From Haliotis cracherodii (Eukaryota), in the NCBI RefSeq assembly GCF_022045235.1, contig NW_027266308.1:62186001-62250000 (forward strand): a DNA stretch of 64,000 bases, given 5' to 3'. Shown here in pieces: positions 48,966 to 61,160 of the stretch. Positions within the stretch are counted from its first letter, which is position 1. Each line of letters begins with the position of its first letter. The position numbers and the translations under genes are program-made. Under the pieces are notes generated by a model. That model did not search any database and had not been told where the DNA came from. It was given only the letters and a program-made list of their open reading frames with translations.

Positions 48966-50463
48966 ATGGATGAAAGAACGCCACTTCTTAGTGGGTCTGC
49001 AAATAGGCCTGATGTAAGGGATATCCTACAGGATGGGGAGGGTGATCCCCTTTTGATCAGGGCGTCCACTGATGCTGAATTCGAAGGACATATCATTGCT
49101 GATGTTAAAGTGAGGGTGAATGCAAGACCAAAGTCTGCTCCTCCTTTGAGACGAACCCTCATTGTGAACGACGATGAAGACACAACGTCTGCACAGAGAC
49201 ATAGACCAAAGACAAGTCTAGGCGACCAAGAGGAGATGGATGACGATGGTTGGGTAGGCTGGGCCCTCAACAGGCAGAAGAGTAGGAACAATGAGGATGA
49301 GGAGTTCCTCAACAAAGACACCAATAGGAAGGAGGATTCTCCCAAGACTCAGGTTGTAAACCTGATTCTAATGAACATCATCCTTATCATCTGGTCTATA
49401 GCCATCCATATCCACGGCCCGGCATGGAGTCAGTATTTCTTCCATAGGTTGGAAGAAGAAGTGTTTGGGAATACGTCGCGTTCTTCTGACGGCAACAATT
49501 CGAGCTACGACGCGTCCTACTGTGAAAACCCATCACTCAACGCTTCAGATTCAAACGGGACAAACTCCCTACAAGAAAAGGCCGAACAGCTCCAGACGAC
49601 ATGGAGCATGTGGTTTACATTCACAGGATGTCCTATTGCTCTAGTGAGTACGGTCATCTTTAGTGCCTATTCCGATTACTTTGGTCGAAAAGTGTTGTTT
49701 TTAATTCCAATGATTGGCACTCTACTCAATTATGCCCTGATAACCGCCATCATTCATTGGTCATTAAATCTTGATCTGTTATTCATAAACTGTGTAATAT
49801 CATCAATTTGTAGTACTGAAATATTCACTATTGCATGCTTGGCTTACATCGCTGACAACACGCCCCCTGAGGGTTCACGGACCACTGGATTAGTTGTAAT
49901 GGGAATAACACAGACTTTAACCAATGCAGCCTTGTCCACTGGTGTTGGGTACTACATACAACTTGAAGGCTATTTCCTCCCAAGTGTGACTGCGGTTGCA
50001 ATTCTCCTGCTAGCAGTGTTGGCTGTTGTGGTCATCCTGCCAGAAAGTAAAAAGACGCCATCGTCTTCAGTGTTGAGGAAACAGAAGAAGAAGGAGAGGA
50101 AGTTACTTACTCCGTTAGGAGCCATAAAAAATGTTTTTGGCTTTTACTTTACCGAAGGTACTGTGAAAACTAGAATAATGTACTCAATTCTTTTGTTGGC
50201 AATGGCTTTTCACAAAATTGCATTGAAAACTGGTAGCATCGGTACGTTATGGGAGATGACCTGGCCTTTATGTTGGAGTCCGGAGATGATGGGTTACTAT
50301 GGGACCGGAGCCTCCATCTTTTCTCAACTGATTAAAATCCCTCTTCTGAAGCTGTATCAGTGCTGCTTCAACGACGTGCTCATCGCCATCTGGAGCAACC
50401 TCGCCGTAGTTGGAGCCAATATTCTGAAGGCATTTGCTACCAACAACTTCTTGATGTACGGGG
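48966..50463 (+). CDS. SLC46A/PCFT-like MFS transporter, large first coding exon, copy 1 (no own downstream exons seen)
   Basis: Open 1498-nt exon with multiple TM helices, SDYFGRK MFS motif A, AYIAD, LPES and PLCWS..MGYYG motifs typical of SLC46. Ends at an intact donor G|gtaagc (50464). Confidence 0.85.
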
Positions 50464-51137
50464 GTAAGCAGCACATTTCTTGGATTTATCTAGCTTTCCA
50501 GACTTGTTATAGATTCCCGAACAGACTCAGTTGATTCTGTTACCTGCATATGGCAGTGTTGTGTAACTGCATTATTTGTTAGTGTAAAGCGCACACCTCC
50601 TGTGTAGATACCTAGATCGGCCGATGTTTAAGTTAACAGAAATTAGGTATACAATCATATATCGCGCAATATCGTATTGAATGGTCACGACTTGTGGAAC
50701 GTGATTGTCACGTGGACTTGTGAGATTTATTCCAGCTGCAATATGGATGTTCCCAATGCTGACCGAGATAGATAGATGGGATTGTGATGAGCCGAGTTAA
50801 TTCCGGGACAAAAGAGCTCCTTCGTACAAATCCATGCAGTAATTTCTGCTATTGTGCATACCAAGCGATTGTCCGTTGCTTTCGTTTGTAGTCAAACGCG
50901 ATATACTGAAATCGGTGCAGTCCTTGAAAGTGGATGGCTTTCCATATTATTTTAGATTGTTATATATATTATATTTATTAAGACGTCTTGTTACACACGC
51001 GACAGTAACTGATAGTTACTGCTATTTGAAACACATCAAAATGACATGTCGGGATAGAATAGGTCTTCAGAAACCCATTGATGCCGTAAAAGGAGACTAT
51101 GCTTGTCGTAAGAGGCGACTAACGGGATCGGTTGGGC

Positions 51138-51643
51138 CATCTTCCCGAGGCATGAGAGTTAACTGACTTTAAAAGTTCAGTTTCCACCCTTGCCGAACTA
51201 GACTGGAATTCCTGGGCTCGATCGTAGCGCCACCAGTGGCTATTACTACTTATGTCCCTTCTAAGCCTCTCCTATGGACCAATCAGATTCATCCTCTCGT
51301 ATCACTTGTGTTTGCTTCACACAAAATGTTGGCGCCCAGTCAGAACGATCTGATCGATGATCAAGTTCTATATCGTGATAAAACGGGTCTTACATCGCGA
51401 AATGCATCAAATCACGTGAGCACCAAACATGAAAAGATTTGGAAAATATCTGCTGACAACGAGTTGGCGATGCACATGCTTTGCAAATCCTGCAATCGAC
51501 CGAAATCTGCACGACAGTTTACGAACCGAATTTCGATTTCGGTGCGCGATTTTGATTGGACTATGCATAGACTCGTTAGTCCAGCCAAAATGTAACTCCA
51601 TAATACCAGCCTAGTTCAGTTTACTCTCTTGCTTCGGGAAGAT
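51138..51643. mobile_element. Same Mutator-like MITE nested inside a SINE family B copy
   Basis: SINE B sequence resumes on both sides; imperfect 9-bp TSD. Confidence 0.85.
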
Positions 51644-53278
51644 GCGGTTGGTCAGACTCGCTGACTTGGTTGATGCATGCCATCGTTTCCCAATTGCGTG
51701 GGTTGATGCTCATGATATCAATCACTAGATTGTCTGGTTCACGCGCGATTATTTTCAGAATACTGCCATATAGTTGGAATAATGCTGAGTGCGGCGTTAA
51801 ACAACATGAAACAAAAACAAAAACAAAAAAGACAACGTTCTACGTTATTCGATTTTTTACACGGTTACGTAAACAAAGAATAAATGCTCAACAAGAAACG
51901 TTTTGTCACATTTCGTCAATTAATGACAACATTTTATCTGTGCAACAATCGAAACATATCTTAAAGATATTCTATTGGCTAAATAGATCGTGTGAGATTT
52001 GATGCTACCTTCTATCTGGCTTGTTTGTGTCAGGTGCACTGTAGATACTTGGTGGTTTGTAATCTCAAGGAGAGTATTTTATTGTACCTTTTGCTCGTCC
52101 TAAAATTAGCTGTTGTTATTCTTGGTAACCACATGGCATCTTGTGATTGTATGTTATCGTACGCCGTGGAACGATGCTCACGCTGTCCAGGCAGGTTTCT
52201 TCTTGCCTGACTTGACAGACTGACCCTCAATTGAGAAACTAATGGACGTAAACTATTCCTGGATAGTTCCTCCAACTCAATGCAAAATTGTGCATTAGGG
52301 AGGTACATTGTGATGTTACACAGCTATGCACTGAGACCCAATCTCATTAAAACCCACGAGCACGAGTATAGTGCTTACAGCCAAGAATATTAAAATCAGG
52401 GTGAATATATAGGATATAGGATTCTGACACGCATTAAGGACGCAACCCTGTGTACAGCATATTCCGGCAGGGGTGGCTGTTTAATTGCGTTGAATTCACT
52501 GCGCGCTGATGGCACGCACGCTAGTACATACTATCTTCTGTATCTCCATGTGCTCAGAGAGCTATACCTTTAGGGTGGGATATACGCAGCGCAGTCAACT
52601 GAGATTCTTTTGTCGTGGCTGAAATTTGCTCAGAAGTTAAAAACAACTTGGCACTACTAGGAACCGTCCAAGACACGGGCCACCATGCATGTCCAAAACA
52701 ACCTATGGTTGCTACGCCCGGGTTCTTCACCTTCTAAACAGGACACTCACTGCAACGTACATGGCAAAATAAATTCGTACAAACCTGTAGAGGTTGTGGA
52801 TTCTCTGATGAAATCCTCCTTGGGGCACTTATTGCATTTTCCTTGCTCAAGAAAATCTACATGACATAGTTGCAACCATTTTCCTTAATAAAAATGTTAC
52901 CACACAAAAAACAACGTTTTTGTATGATATATGACCACCCCAACGGGGCCTCACCCTCTACCGGCGACACACGGCAAGGGGAGCGACTCTCACCCAAATC
53001 ACTTTTCCAATGTCTCATAGCAGACGGAATGTGGGGAGGAGGGCGGACGTGCCCCAAGGAGGATTTCATCAGAGAATCCATAACCTCTACAGGTTTGTAC
53101 GATTCTCTTTCAGATTAAATCCTCCTTGGGGCACTTATTGCATCAAGATAGACTCCTAAAGACAATAAAGGAAGTGGCATCCGTCTGCAACAAGCGTAAA
53201 CACATCGTTTAACATGATGATAGAGAATTAAAAAAATGGAACCCACCTTATGGTTTATCATAAAGCGAGTGAAAACTC

Positions 53279-53310
<32 letters not shown>

Positions 53311-53443
53311 TTTGTACAAGTGATAACGGGGACAACAATCACGAGGGACAATACGCCTGCTAGCTAGGCAGGCTTTAGGGTCCCGTAGGATCGAGCGAGT
53401 GACGTGCCAAGAAAACCGGAGGACAGTCTAAAATCTCGAAGAC

Positions 53444-54520
53444 TCAATCGGCTAGAGATGTAGAACTCTGCCCAGTGCAGAGAACTGACTGACCGAAACG
53501 AGCACGCTCCCTAGAGTGTTTATCGATTTGGTAATGTTTGATGAACGTACTCGGCCGGCTCCAAATAGCCACAGAGCAGATCTCCTCAATGGGGAGAGCT
53601 GCGGCATACGCTTTTGACGTAGCCACTGCCCTAACCGAATGAGCCTTCAACCCCTCAGGGGTGTCCCTCCCTTTGTTCCTACAAGCCGAACAAATAATAG
53701 AAACAATCCACAGCGAAATAGATTGTTTGCTCGCAGGGGAGCCAGCCTTCCCACCGCAATAAGAGCAGAATAATTGGTTATCCTTACGGATATCCTTAGT
53801 CTTGCTGATATAGACCTTGAGAATCTTGCGGACATCCAAGACATAAGCATGTCTTGCAGAGGTCCCCGACGAGGAAGGCTGTGAAAGAGCAGGTAGCTCG
53901 ATAGCAGCCGTCACGTGGAAAGCGTGTGCGACCTTGGGACGGTAAGAGTCCGGTAGCCGAATACTGACTCTGTCCAGGTGAAAGACGGTCAGCTCGGGAT
54001 CGGCGGACATTGCGTGAATGTCGCCTACCCGTCTACCTGACGTCACTGCCACAAGGAACGCCGCCTTCCAGCTAAACAGCTGAAGGGAGAGAGACGACAG
54101 CCAATCAAGATCGATTGACAAGTCCCAAGGAAGACTGATCCGCCGGACAGGCGGTCGAATCCTGTCCACGCCTGCCAAAAAGCGTTGCACTAAAGGGTAC
54201 GCACCCAGAAGTGCCCTGTTGATAGGGACGTGAAAGACCACAATGGCTGTTGAGTACCCCCTGACTGTCGATGCGGCCAGGCCGGCATCAAGTCGTCATT
54301 GGAGGAACTCTAACACCACGACTAGATCTGCAGAAAAGGGATCTGCAAGCCCTTTATCGACACACCACCGCGCATTGCAGGCCCATCTATCCTCATACTG
54401 AACGTTTGTTGAATCCCTCCGCGAAGCCAGTATTGTGTCTGCAACTTGCGCAGGAATACCGCTCTTCTGGAGGCGATTCCGGACAGTGGCCAAGCCACCC
54501 ACTGAATCCTGGAATTCAGG
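53444..54520 (-). pseudogene. DIRS tyrosine recombinase; catalytic domain open (53444-54241), N-terminal part interrupted
   Basis: GRRVGDI (R), HSVR (H,R), FIKHY (Y) tetrad. The upstream SAM-like part (SRRDST..QY..RW) is in a separate ORF ending at 54296. Confidence 0.88.
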
Positions 54521-54552
54521 TGGAGTGCCCCGTTCTTGGATTGGGGGTCCGG

Positions 54553-54942
54553 TCATAAAGGTAATAGAACAGGAGGCTGAGCCAGAAACCTGAGTATTAC
54601 GGGAAACCAACTCTGCGTTGACCAAAGAGGTGCCAGTAGCACAAGAAGCCGTGCAGGCTGAGTGGCTAGCTGAGAAAGGACCCTGGGAATCAGAGGAACT
54701 GGTGGGAAGGCCCACAGAACTCTGTCCGTCCAATCTAGCTGTAAGGCGTCCGGTGCCGCCGACCTCGGGTCGGGGACTTGGGAGCAGAACACTGGTGTCT
54801 GGTGGTTCACCACAGACGCAAACAGATCCACCTGGAACGACCCGTATAATCGGGAGATAATCCCGAATATCCCCGCGTCGAGCCTCCACTTGTGAGGAGC
54901 GAGGATCCGGCGAGACAGAGCGTCTGCATGGACCTTCTCCAT
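54553..54942 (-). pseudogene. DIRS DNA N6-adenine methyltransferase-like domain
   Basis: ADALSR, DLFAS, DALQLDW, WAFPP.PLI, APLW..Q.WF motifs characteristic of the DIRS pol C-terminus. Confidence 0.8.
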
Positions 54943-54949
54943 CCCTGGG

Positions 54950-56368
54950 AGATAAACAGGTTTCTTGGAGAAGCGACGGAGACACCGTTCCCCCCTGCTT
55001 CCGGATGTAAGTCATCGCCGTTTGGTTGTCCATTTCTACACGAATCACCTGGCCAAGAAGCAGATCCAAGAAGCGTTAGAACACCAACGTGACCGCTCTC
55101 AGTTCCAGCACATTGATGTGCAGCTCGATCTCCTGCTGGGACCACAGTCACGAGGCAGTGTGATCGTTCAGAACACCTCCCCAGCCAGAGAGTGACGCGT
55201 CTGTCTGAACTGTGAGAGACGGAACGGCAGTGTCGAGGGGGAGCCCCCGGGACAGATTCCCGTCCTCAGTCCACCACTGAAGGTGTGGAATGAGCCACGC
55301 TGTGGTCTCGAGAACCTTCTCGAGATCCTCCGAGTTCGCCCATAACCGACGTAACGCCTGCTGAATGGGTCTCATTCGCAAACGTGCTCGCCAAACCACA
55401 TCCACTGTCGCCGACATGTTACCCAGTAGCTGGAGCCATGTGCGAGCAGTGTGTCTCGTGGAAAGAAGGAACAGTGAAGTTACACTCTTGACCCTGACAA
55501 TGCGGTCTTGTGAGAGGGAGACAAGCCCGCTCTCTGTGTTCAAATTCGCTCCTAAGAAGACCAGGGTCTGAGCAGGGTTCAGATCTGACTTCTTTAGGTT
55601 GACTATCCACCCTAGAGATACCAGAATGTCTAACACCTCTTGTGTAGCAATCTGACTCATATGGTGAGATAGTGCTCGTAGCAGCCAGTCGTTGAGGTAC
55701 GGATGACAGAACCGACCTTTCGACCTGGCCACTTGGGCAGGAATCAACATCAGCTTGGTGAACACCCTCGGGGCCGGGGAGATCCTGAAGGGTAGAATCC
55801 GGAACTGATAACACCTCGCGTCGAAAGAAAACCACAGGTATTTCTTGAACTCGCTGTGTATAGGTTCATGGAGATAGGCGTCTTTGAGGTCTATTGACGT
55901 CAGCCATTCCCCAGACTCTACAGCAGAGATCACTGAGCGCAGTGTCTCCATCCTGAAGGACGGTACCTCTATGAGTTTGTTCAGTTTTCTCAGGTTGAGA
56001 AAAGGTCTGAACCCTCCGTCTTTCTTTTTGTGACGAGGAAATAAGTGGAGTAATAGCCCTCGCTTTCCTGTCCCATTGGAACCGGCTCGATAGCAGGTTT
56101 GTCTAGCAGTGCTACGATCTCGTCCCGAAGTATGTCCGCCTTCTCTCGGGTAGCGTGCACCGGAGTGGGCCTTATCCCGAAGAAGGGTGGCGGAAAACGT
56201 TTCCACTGAGGCAAGTGGCCTTCCCTGAGTGTGGACATGACCCAGGGATTGGATGACACCTTCTCCCATTTCGACAGAAAGAGAGAGAGTCGGTAACTGT
56301 GGGGCCACCTGGGGCCGAGCAGGAGCTATTGGGAACCCGCTTGGTGCACGTGGCGGCCAAGTTACCAC
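54950..56368 (-). pseudogene. DIRS reverse transcriptase/RNase H, frameshifted
   Basis: KKDGGFRPFLNLRKLN, IDLKDAYLH, LPFRISPAPRVFTK, catalytic YLDD changed to YLND, TDASLSGWG, DNQTAMTYIRKQGG. Several frameshifts. Confidence 0.9.
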
Positions 56369-57899
56369 AATTAAGAAACCATAGAATGCGAGGAATTACG
56401 CCTTTGCAAGGAAGAAAAGGGAAATATACCACACATACACTGTCAGCCATGTCTTCAAGTTTCAACGTATAAGTTGGGTGAAGGTTTCTCTGAGTCTTAA
56501 CGCACGTCTGGTCTGCCAGATGACATAAGGAAAAGTGATTTGGGTGAGAGTCGCTCCCATTGCCGTGTGTCGCCTGTAGAGGGTGAGGCCCCGTTGGGGT
56601 GGTCATATATCATACAAAAACGTTGTTTTTTGTGTGGTAATATTTTTATTAAGGAAAATGGTGACAACTATGTCATGTAGATTTTCTTGAGCAAGGAAAA
56701 TGCAATAAGTGCCCCAAGGAGGATTTAATCTGAAAGAGAATCCTGGTTTAGGTTCCACAGATGCGCAGACTTCAGTAACTGTTTACGAGCTCCCGGGAAT
56801 CCAGAAAAGAAGACCCTACGTTGGCGTTATTTTATCTCAACGTGATCGAGTTCAGTGGCTACAAAGGTGTGGTATTTTGTGAGGAACCAGCTTCCTTCTT
56901 CAAAGGAGATATTTGCGGATCTGTATGTATCGGCTGCAGAAGGAGTGTTATACCGGATGTTGCGTACAGGAAGTCGAGAGATGTGGAGGATATGTTATGA
57001 TGTTGGGGAGTAATCTCCTATGGGCGATGAACAGAAATGTGGTTCTTATTCAGAACAACTTAACAGGTTGTGTTACCATGACGGTATCCTCACGTTGTCT
57101 CGACTCTGCAAGCATCAAGCGCTATTTTCTTCATGACAATGCTTGTCCACACATCGCATGTGTCTGTATTGTACATACCTTGGTTGTAAAGGTCGCCGGA
57201 TCTCAACCGCATCTGAGGAAATCTTTAGCAATGACGCCAAGCTCTTCAACGCATTTACCCAATGGGTCATTCATACCCCCGGTGGTAAATTTGCAGAGGT
57301 AGGGCAAATTTACCACTGGGGGCATGTGTTTAACCCACGGATAGATGTACCCTCGGGGAGTATTATGTGCATATAAAAGATAGCTACGCGATAAATCACA
57401 AAGAACAATGAAGAACGAAGCGTTGTTTATTTCACGATAAAACATTGTTCTATCTTAAGGTCATTTCTGGAGATTCTAATATGCGCTCGCAACTTGATGA
57501 CGTCACATACTGAATGACGTTATTTTCTAGAGAGAGATATAGCTACTCAGATAAACGCAGTGGCGGGACGATTGCATCCCAAAGTGAGTAAGATATGACA
57601 ATCGCTATTAGGAGAAAAGGTACAGATAATCGACGTTAGGGTTGTGAGAATATTCGGGAAATACCAAACGTAACCCACCTGTTCGTAAAATGGACTTGTC
57701 CGACATATCCGAGTCGGATTCTATTCAGGGAGTCATCATTATTAAAATTTGTTTTATCAACTCCTTAATGAGGCTGTGTATAATGTTGATATCTCATAAG
57801 AAACAGACTCTATTATAATATTATAATAAAACACTGCAGGCTGTGCTCCTCATGGTTTATTCTCCCTGCAATGTTTTATTGTACCTTAACCAACACCCA

Positions 57900-58327
57900 G
57901 TGTGTGTGTTTGTGTGTGTGAGTGTTTGAGTGTGTGTGTGAGTGAGTGTGTTTGAGTGATGTGCGAATGTGAGTGTGTGTGAGTGTGTATGTGATTGTTT
58001 GTGTGAGTGAATGTGTGTGAGAATGTGTGAATGTGTGTGTATGAGTGTGTGTATTTGTGAGTGAGTGTGCGAATGTGTGTGTGTGGGTGAATGAGTGTGT
58101 GTGTGAGTGAGTGTGTGTGAGTGAATGTGTGTGTGTGAGTGTGTATGTGAGTGTGTGAATGTGTGTGCGACTGCGTGAGTGTGAGAGTGTAAGTGTGAAT
58201 ATGCGAGTGCGAGTGTGTGTGTGTGTATGTGAGTGTGTGAATGTGTGTGTGTGTGCGACTGCGTGAGTGTTAGTGTGAATGTGCGAGTGCGAGTGTGTAT
58301 GTGAGTGTGTCGTATGTGTGTGTGTGT
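57900..58327. repeat. Degenerate (TG)/(TGAG) microsatellite
   Basis: Low-complexity TG-rich tract; source of the His/Thr-rich ORF. Confidence 0.95.
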
Positions 58328-58918
58328 TACGTATGGCTGTTATTTTATGTACCTGTGAACACTGTTTCATGTAAGGAAAATTCCTTCTTTGTATTATCTG
58401 ATCTTATCTTATCTTACTATTTATATTGTTTCAATAACATATTAAATGGTACAACTACAAGACTTGTGGTATAAGTATGGATTTGATTGATGATATGTAT
58501 TAACCTGGGGTATGTGTAATTATTATTTTTCGTTTTAAATGAAATACTGTGTTTGATCGAATTTCTTAACTAATATTAACTCATCTATTTCATTCCAAAA
58601 TCTTTAATCACAGTTCTGCACCAAGAACAGCTTGTTCTGAATCGAGTATTGTCCACAGGACGTATTCGTGGAATGTTGCTAAAAGAGACACAAGAATCTT
58701 ACTCCCGGGACGTATTTGCCATAAGTGATTTGTTGCAAAATTGTAATCTTATTACCAACTGTAGTCACTAAGGTCTCATCCATGGGGATCCGGGTCCGAT
58801 TCTGTAATCTGATGATTAAGATGATCGGGTGGTTACAATTTTTCACCGTGCATGTTTATACCCGACACCGTTCAATCGTAGCTCATGCTAGCAAGCCCTG
58901 GTTTGATGATTTGATCAT

Positions 58919-59107
58919 NNNNNNNNNNNNNNNNNNNNNNNNNNNNNNNNNNNNNNNNNNNNNNNNNNNNNNNNNNNNNNNNNNNNNNNNNNNNNNNNNN
59001 NNNNNNNNNNNNNNNNNNNNNNNNNNNNNNNNNNNNNNNNNNNNNNNNNNNNNNNNNNNNNNNNNNNNNNNNNNNNNNNNNNNNNNNNNNNNNNNNNNNN
59101 NNNNNNN
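58919..59107. other. Assembly gap (N run)
   Basis: Run of N characters. Confidence 1.
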
Positions 59108-59272
59108 TCGAGTATGCAGTATACATGTTATATATTTTCAACAATAAAGACAAGAAATACTAATAGGGCAAGATTGACAATTTTTTTACTAAAGACAGTT
59201 TAATGGGTTAAAAGGCAGGTGACATAATTGTTAAGGGCTTACACAGTTTCAGGTCAATACCCAAAATGTCAG

Positions 59273-60608
59273 TCAATACCTGGTGTGACCACCATTAGTA
59301 TTGATCACTGCCACACATCTCCTGTACATTGAGTGGATCAGACGATTTGTGAAGGCCCTAGGGGTCCTCCTGCACACATCCAGAGCAGCTGTGCGTAGTT
59401 CATCGGCAGTTGTAGGGACTGGGCGCACATTGTGCAGACGCCTTTGAACCTCATCCCACAAGTGTTCGATGGGGTTCAGACCAGGGCTGAGGGCTGGCCA
59501 CGGTAGAACGCGGATGTTGTGTTGTTGCAGAAAGGCCACGGTAGCTCTGGCAACATGGGGACGAGTGTCGTCCTGCTAGAAAATGTGTTGTTGATTTTGC
59601 GCAAAAAATGCAACAACGTGGGGTCTGATCACTTGGTCGATATACCGCTGAGCAGTGACGCCGTGTCCCCGACCTTGAACAACATTCAGAAAGCACATGG
59701 GTCCAAGTCTCGCATTAAGTCCAATCCCTGCCCATATCATGACGCTAGGTCCACCCCATGGACCCCTTTCCACAACGTTTCTGTCAGCGAAACGATCACC
59801 TCGACGCCGCCAAATTCTGACTCTTCCGTCTGCATGGGAGACACAAAAGCGACTTTCATCAGAGAAGATGACGCGCCTCCACTCATGATGACGCCAATTG
59901 CTATGACCCTGTGCCCAATGAAGTCGTGCTTGTCGATGCCGTGGTTGGAGAACAGGACGACGTGCTGGTCGGCGACATCTGAGGTTGTTGGAACGGAGAC
60001 GTCGGATCACAGTGTCCCAGCTAATGTGTCGATTATGTGTTCCTATGGTCTGTCGAGCACTTTCACTTGCAGTTAGGAACGGATGTCGCTGGTGTTGACG
60101 GGTAATCTGCCGATCTTGTCGAGGTGTGGTGACCCTAGGACGACCGCTCCGAGTAAGGTCATCTGTGGTCTGTGTAGCATTGTATCGATGCAGGAGGCGG
60201 TAAATTGTGATTATGTTAACGTTGAAATGACGGGCAAGATCTTGGACAGACTCTCCAGCTTCCAAACGTCCGATTTCTCTGAATTTGAGTTAGGCGTGGC
60301 ATTGTTGTCCAAGGAGTGTTAGGTCCAAGAATCGGCCACAGTTTTATACCCACTACAGTTCGTGACAGTTCGTGCATTTACGATTTCGCGAGAAAAGGGT
60401 GCATGATAGCCACATATTCATTGAAATGGTGCGTTTTTGCGATTCGTTTTTTTATGTTGCGTTTTTACTCGGGGTTTCCAAAATGCAACCAAAAATATTG
60501 ATAACACCATAAGGCTTCACTAAATCCTAAAACTCGTATCAATTTATGTTTCCGTGTTTGTTACCTATTTGCTTAAAACCACTTGTGTTTCTTTCGCGTT
60601 TGAGTATA
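59273..60608 (-). mobile_element. Tc1/mariner DNA transposon with defective DD34E transposase (ATG ~60302, stop 59273)
   Basis: MPRL start, HTH, GRPRVTT, IFSDESRF, WPALSPGLNPIEHLW, NGGHTRY. Premature TAG at 59576 in the F.QD motif and an N-terminal frameshift. TA at the right terminus; left TIR not confidently seen near the gap. Confidence 0.92.
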
Positions 60609-61160
60609 TATATCCGGGATTCGAACCCACACTCTCAGAGCGAGGCACCTTATCGCTAACACACAATGGCAGCGAGTGCCAGAGTTTGTACTTTACTAAA
60701 AAGTGTAAACCCTAAATACAACTTATTTTACATCAACTGTAGAGTATTAATTACGTTGGTCCAGGCTGGAGTATTTACAGACTGTCGTGATACGGCTCAA
60801 CAATGACTCTTTCATCAGTACAAACGCATTTATGAAGCCAAAATTGACAAAACTAATATGATGTATCATATGTGAGAACAATTTACGTGTGCTTACATTA
60901 TCTTCGACTCAGATGATCTAACATGTGACGTTGGTGACATTGATACCTTTTTTTACCTTTGGTTACCTCACATATTACAGCGATAAAACTGATAAGGGTG
61001 AGGGTAAGATAATGCTGACATTTAGCATGAATGACTCACGAGGACTGTCCAGGGGCTAGCTGCACAAGATACGTTGCAATAGTTCTATTAGCAAAAATGA
61101 TTCTGGCGTGAGAGCTGCACACATTTTCGTTCTTTGACTTGAACTGTTTCTTTCATAACA

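Larger units (their letters stand above)
52775..56741 (-). mobile_element. DIRS1-type tyrosine-recombinase retrotransposon, defective (gag deleted)
   Basis: ITRs at 52811-53008 and 56529-56726. ICR at 53049-53142 is complementary to both outer termini. Contains RT/RNase H, methyltransferase-like and YR reading frames. Confidence 0.95.
52480..57250 (+). mobile_element. Old decayed Tc1-like element split by the DIRS insertion (52480-52774 and 56742-57250)
   Basis: Degenerate transposase motifs continue across the DIRS (RRPYVG, CVQEVER, HDNACPH). A paralogous remnant lies at 46040-47040. Confidence 0.65.

Noticed and set aside
48893-49345. Antisense ORFs over the SLC46 exons (also 61088-61540)
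   Set aside because: Shadow frames of the real coding strand.
52021-52050. Acceptor-like tcag|GTGCACTG as a downstream exon for SLC46 copy 1
   Set aside because: Reads G-A-L-stop and has no similarity to the 63610 exon.
57876-58370. His/Thr-rich 164-aa ORF
   Set aside because: Translation of a degenerate TG microsatellite.
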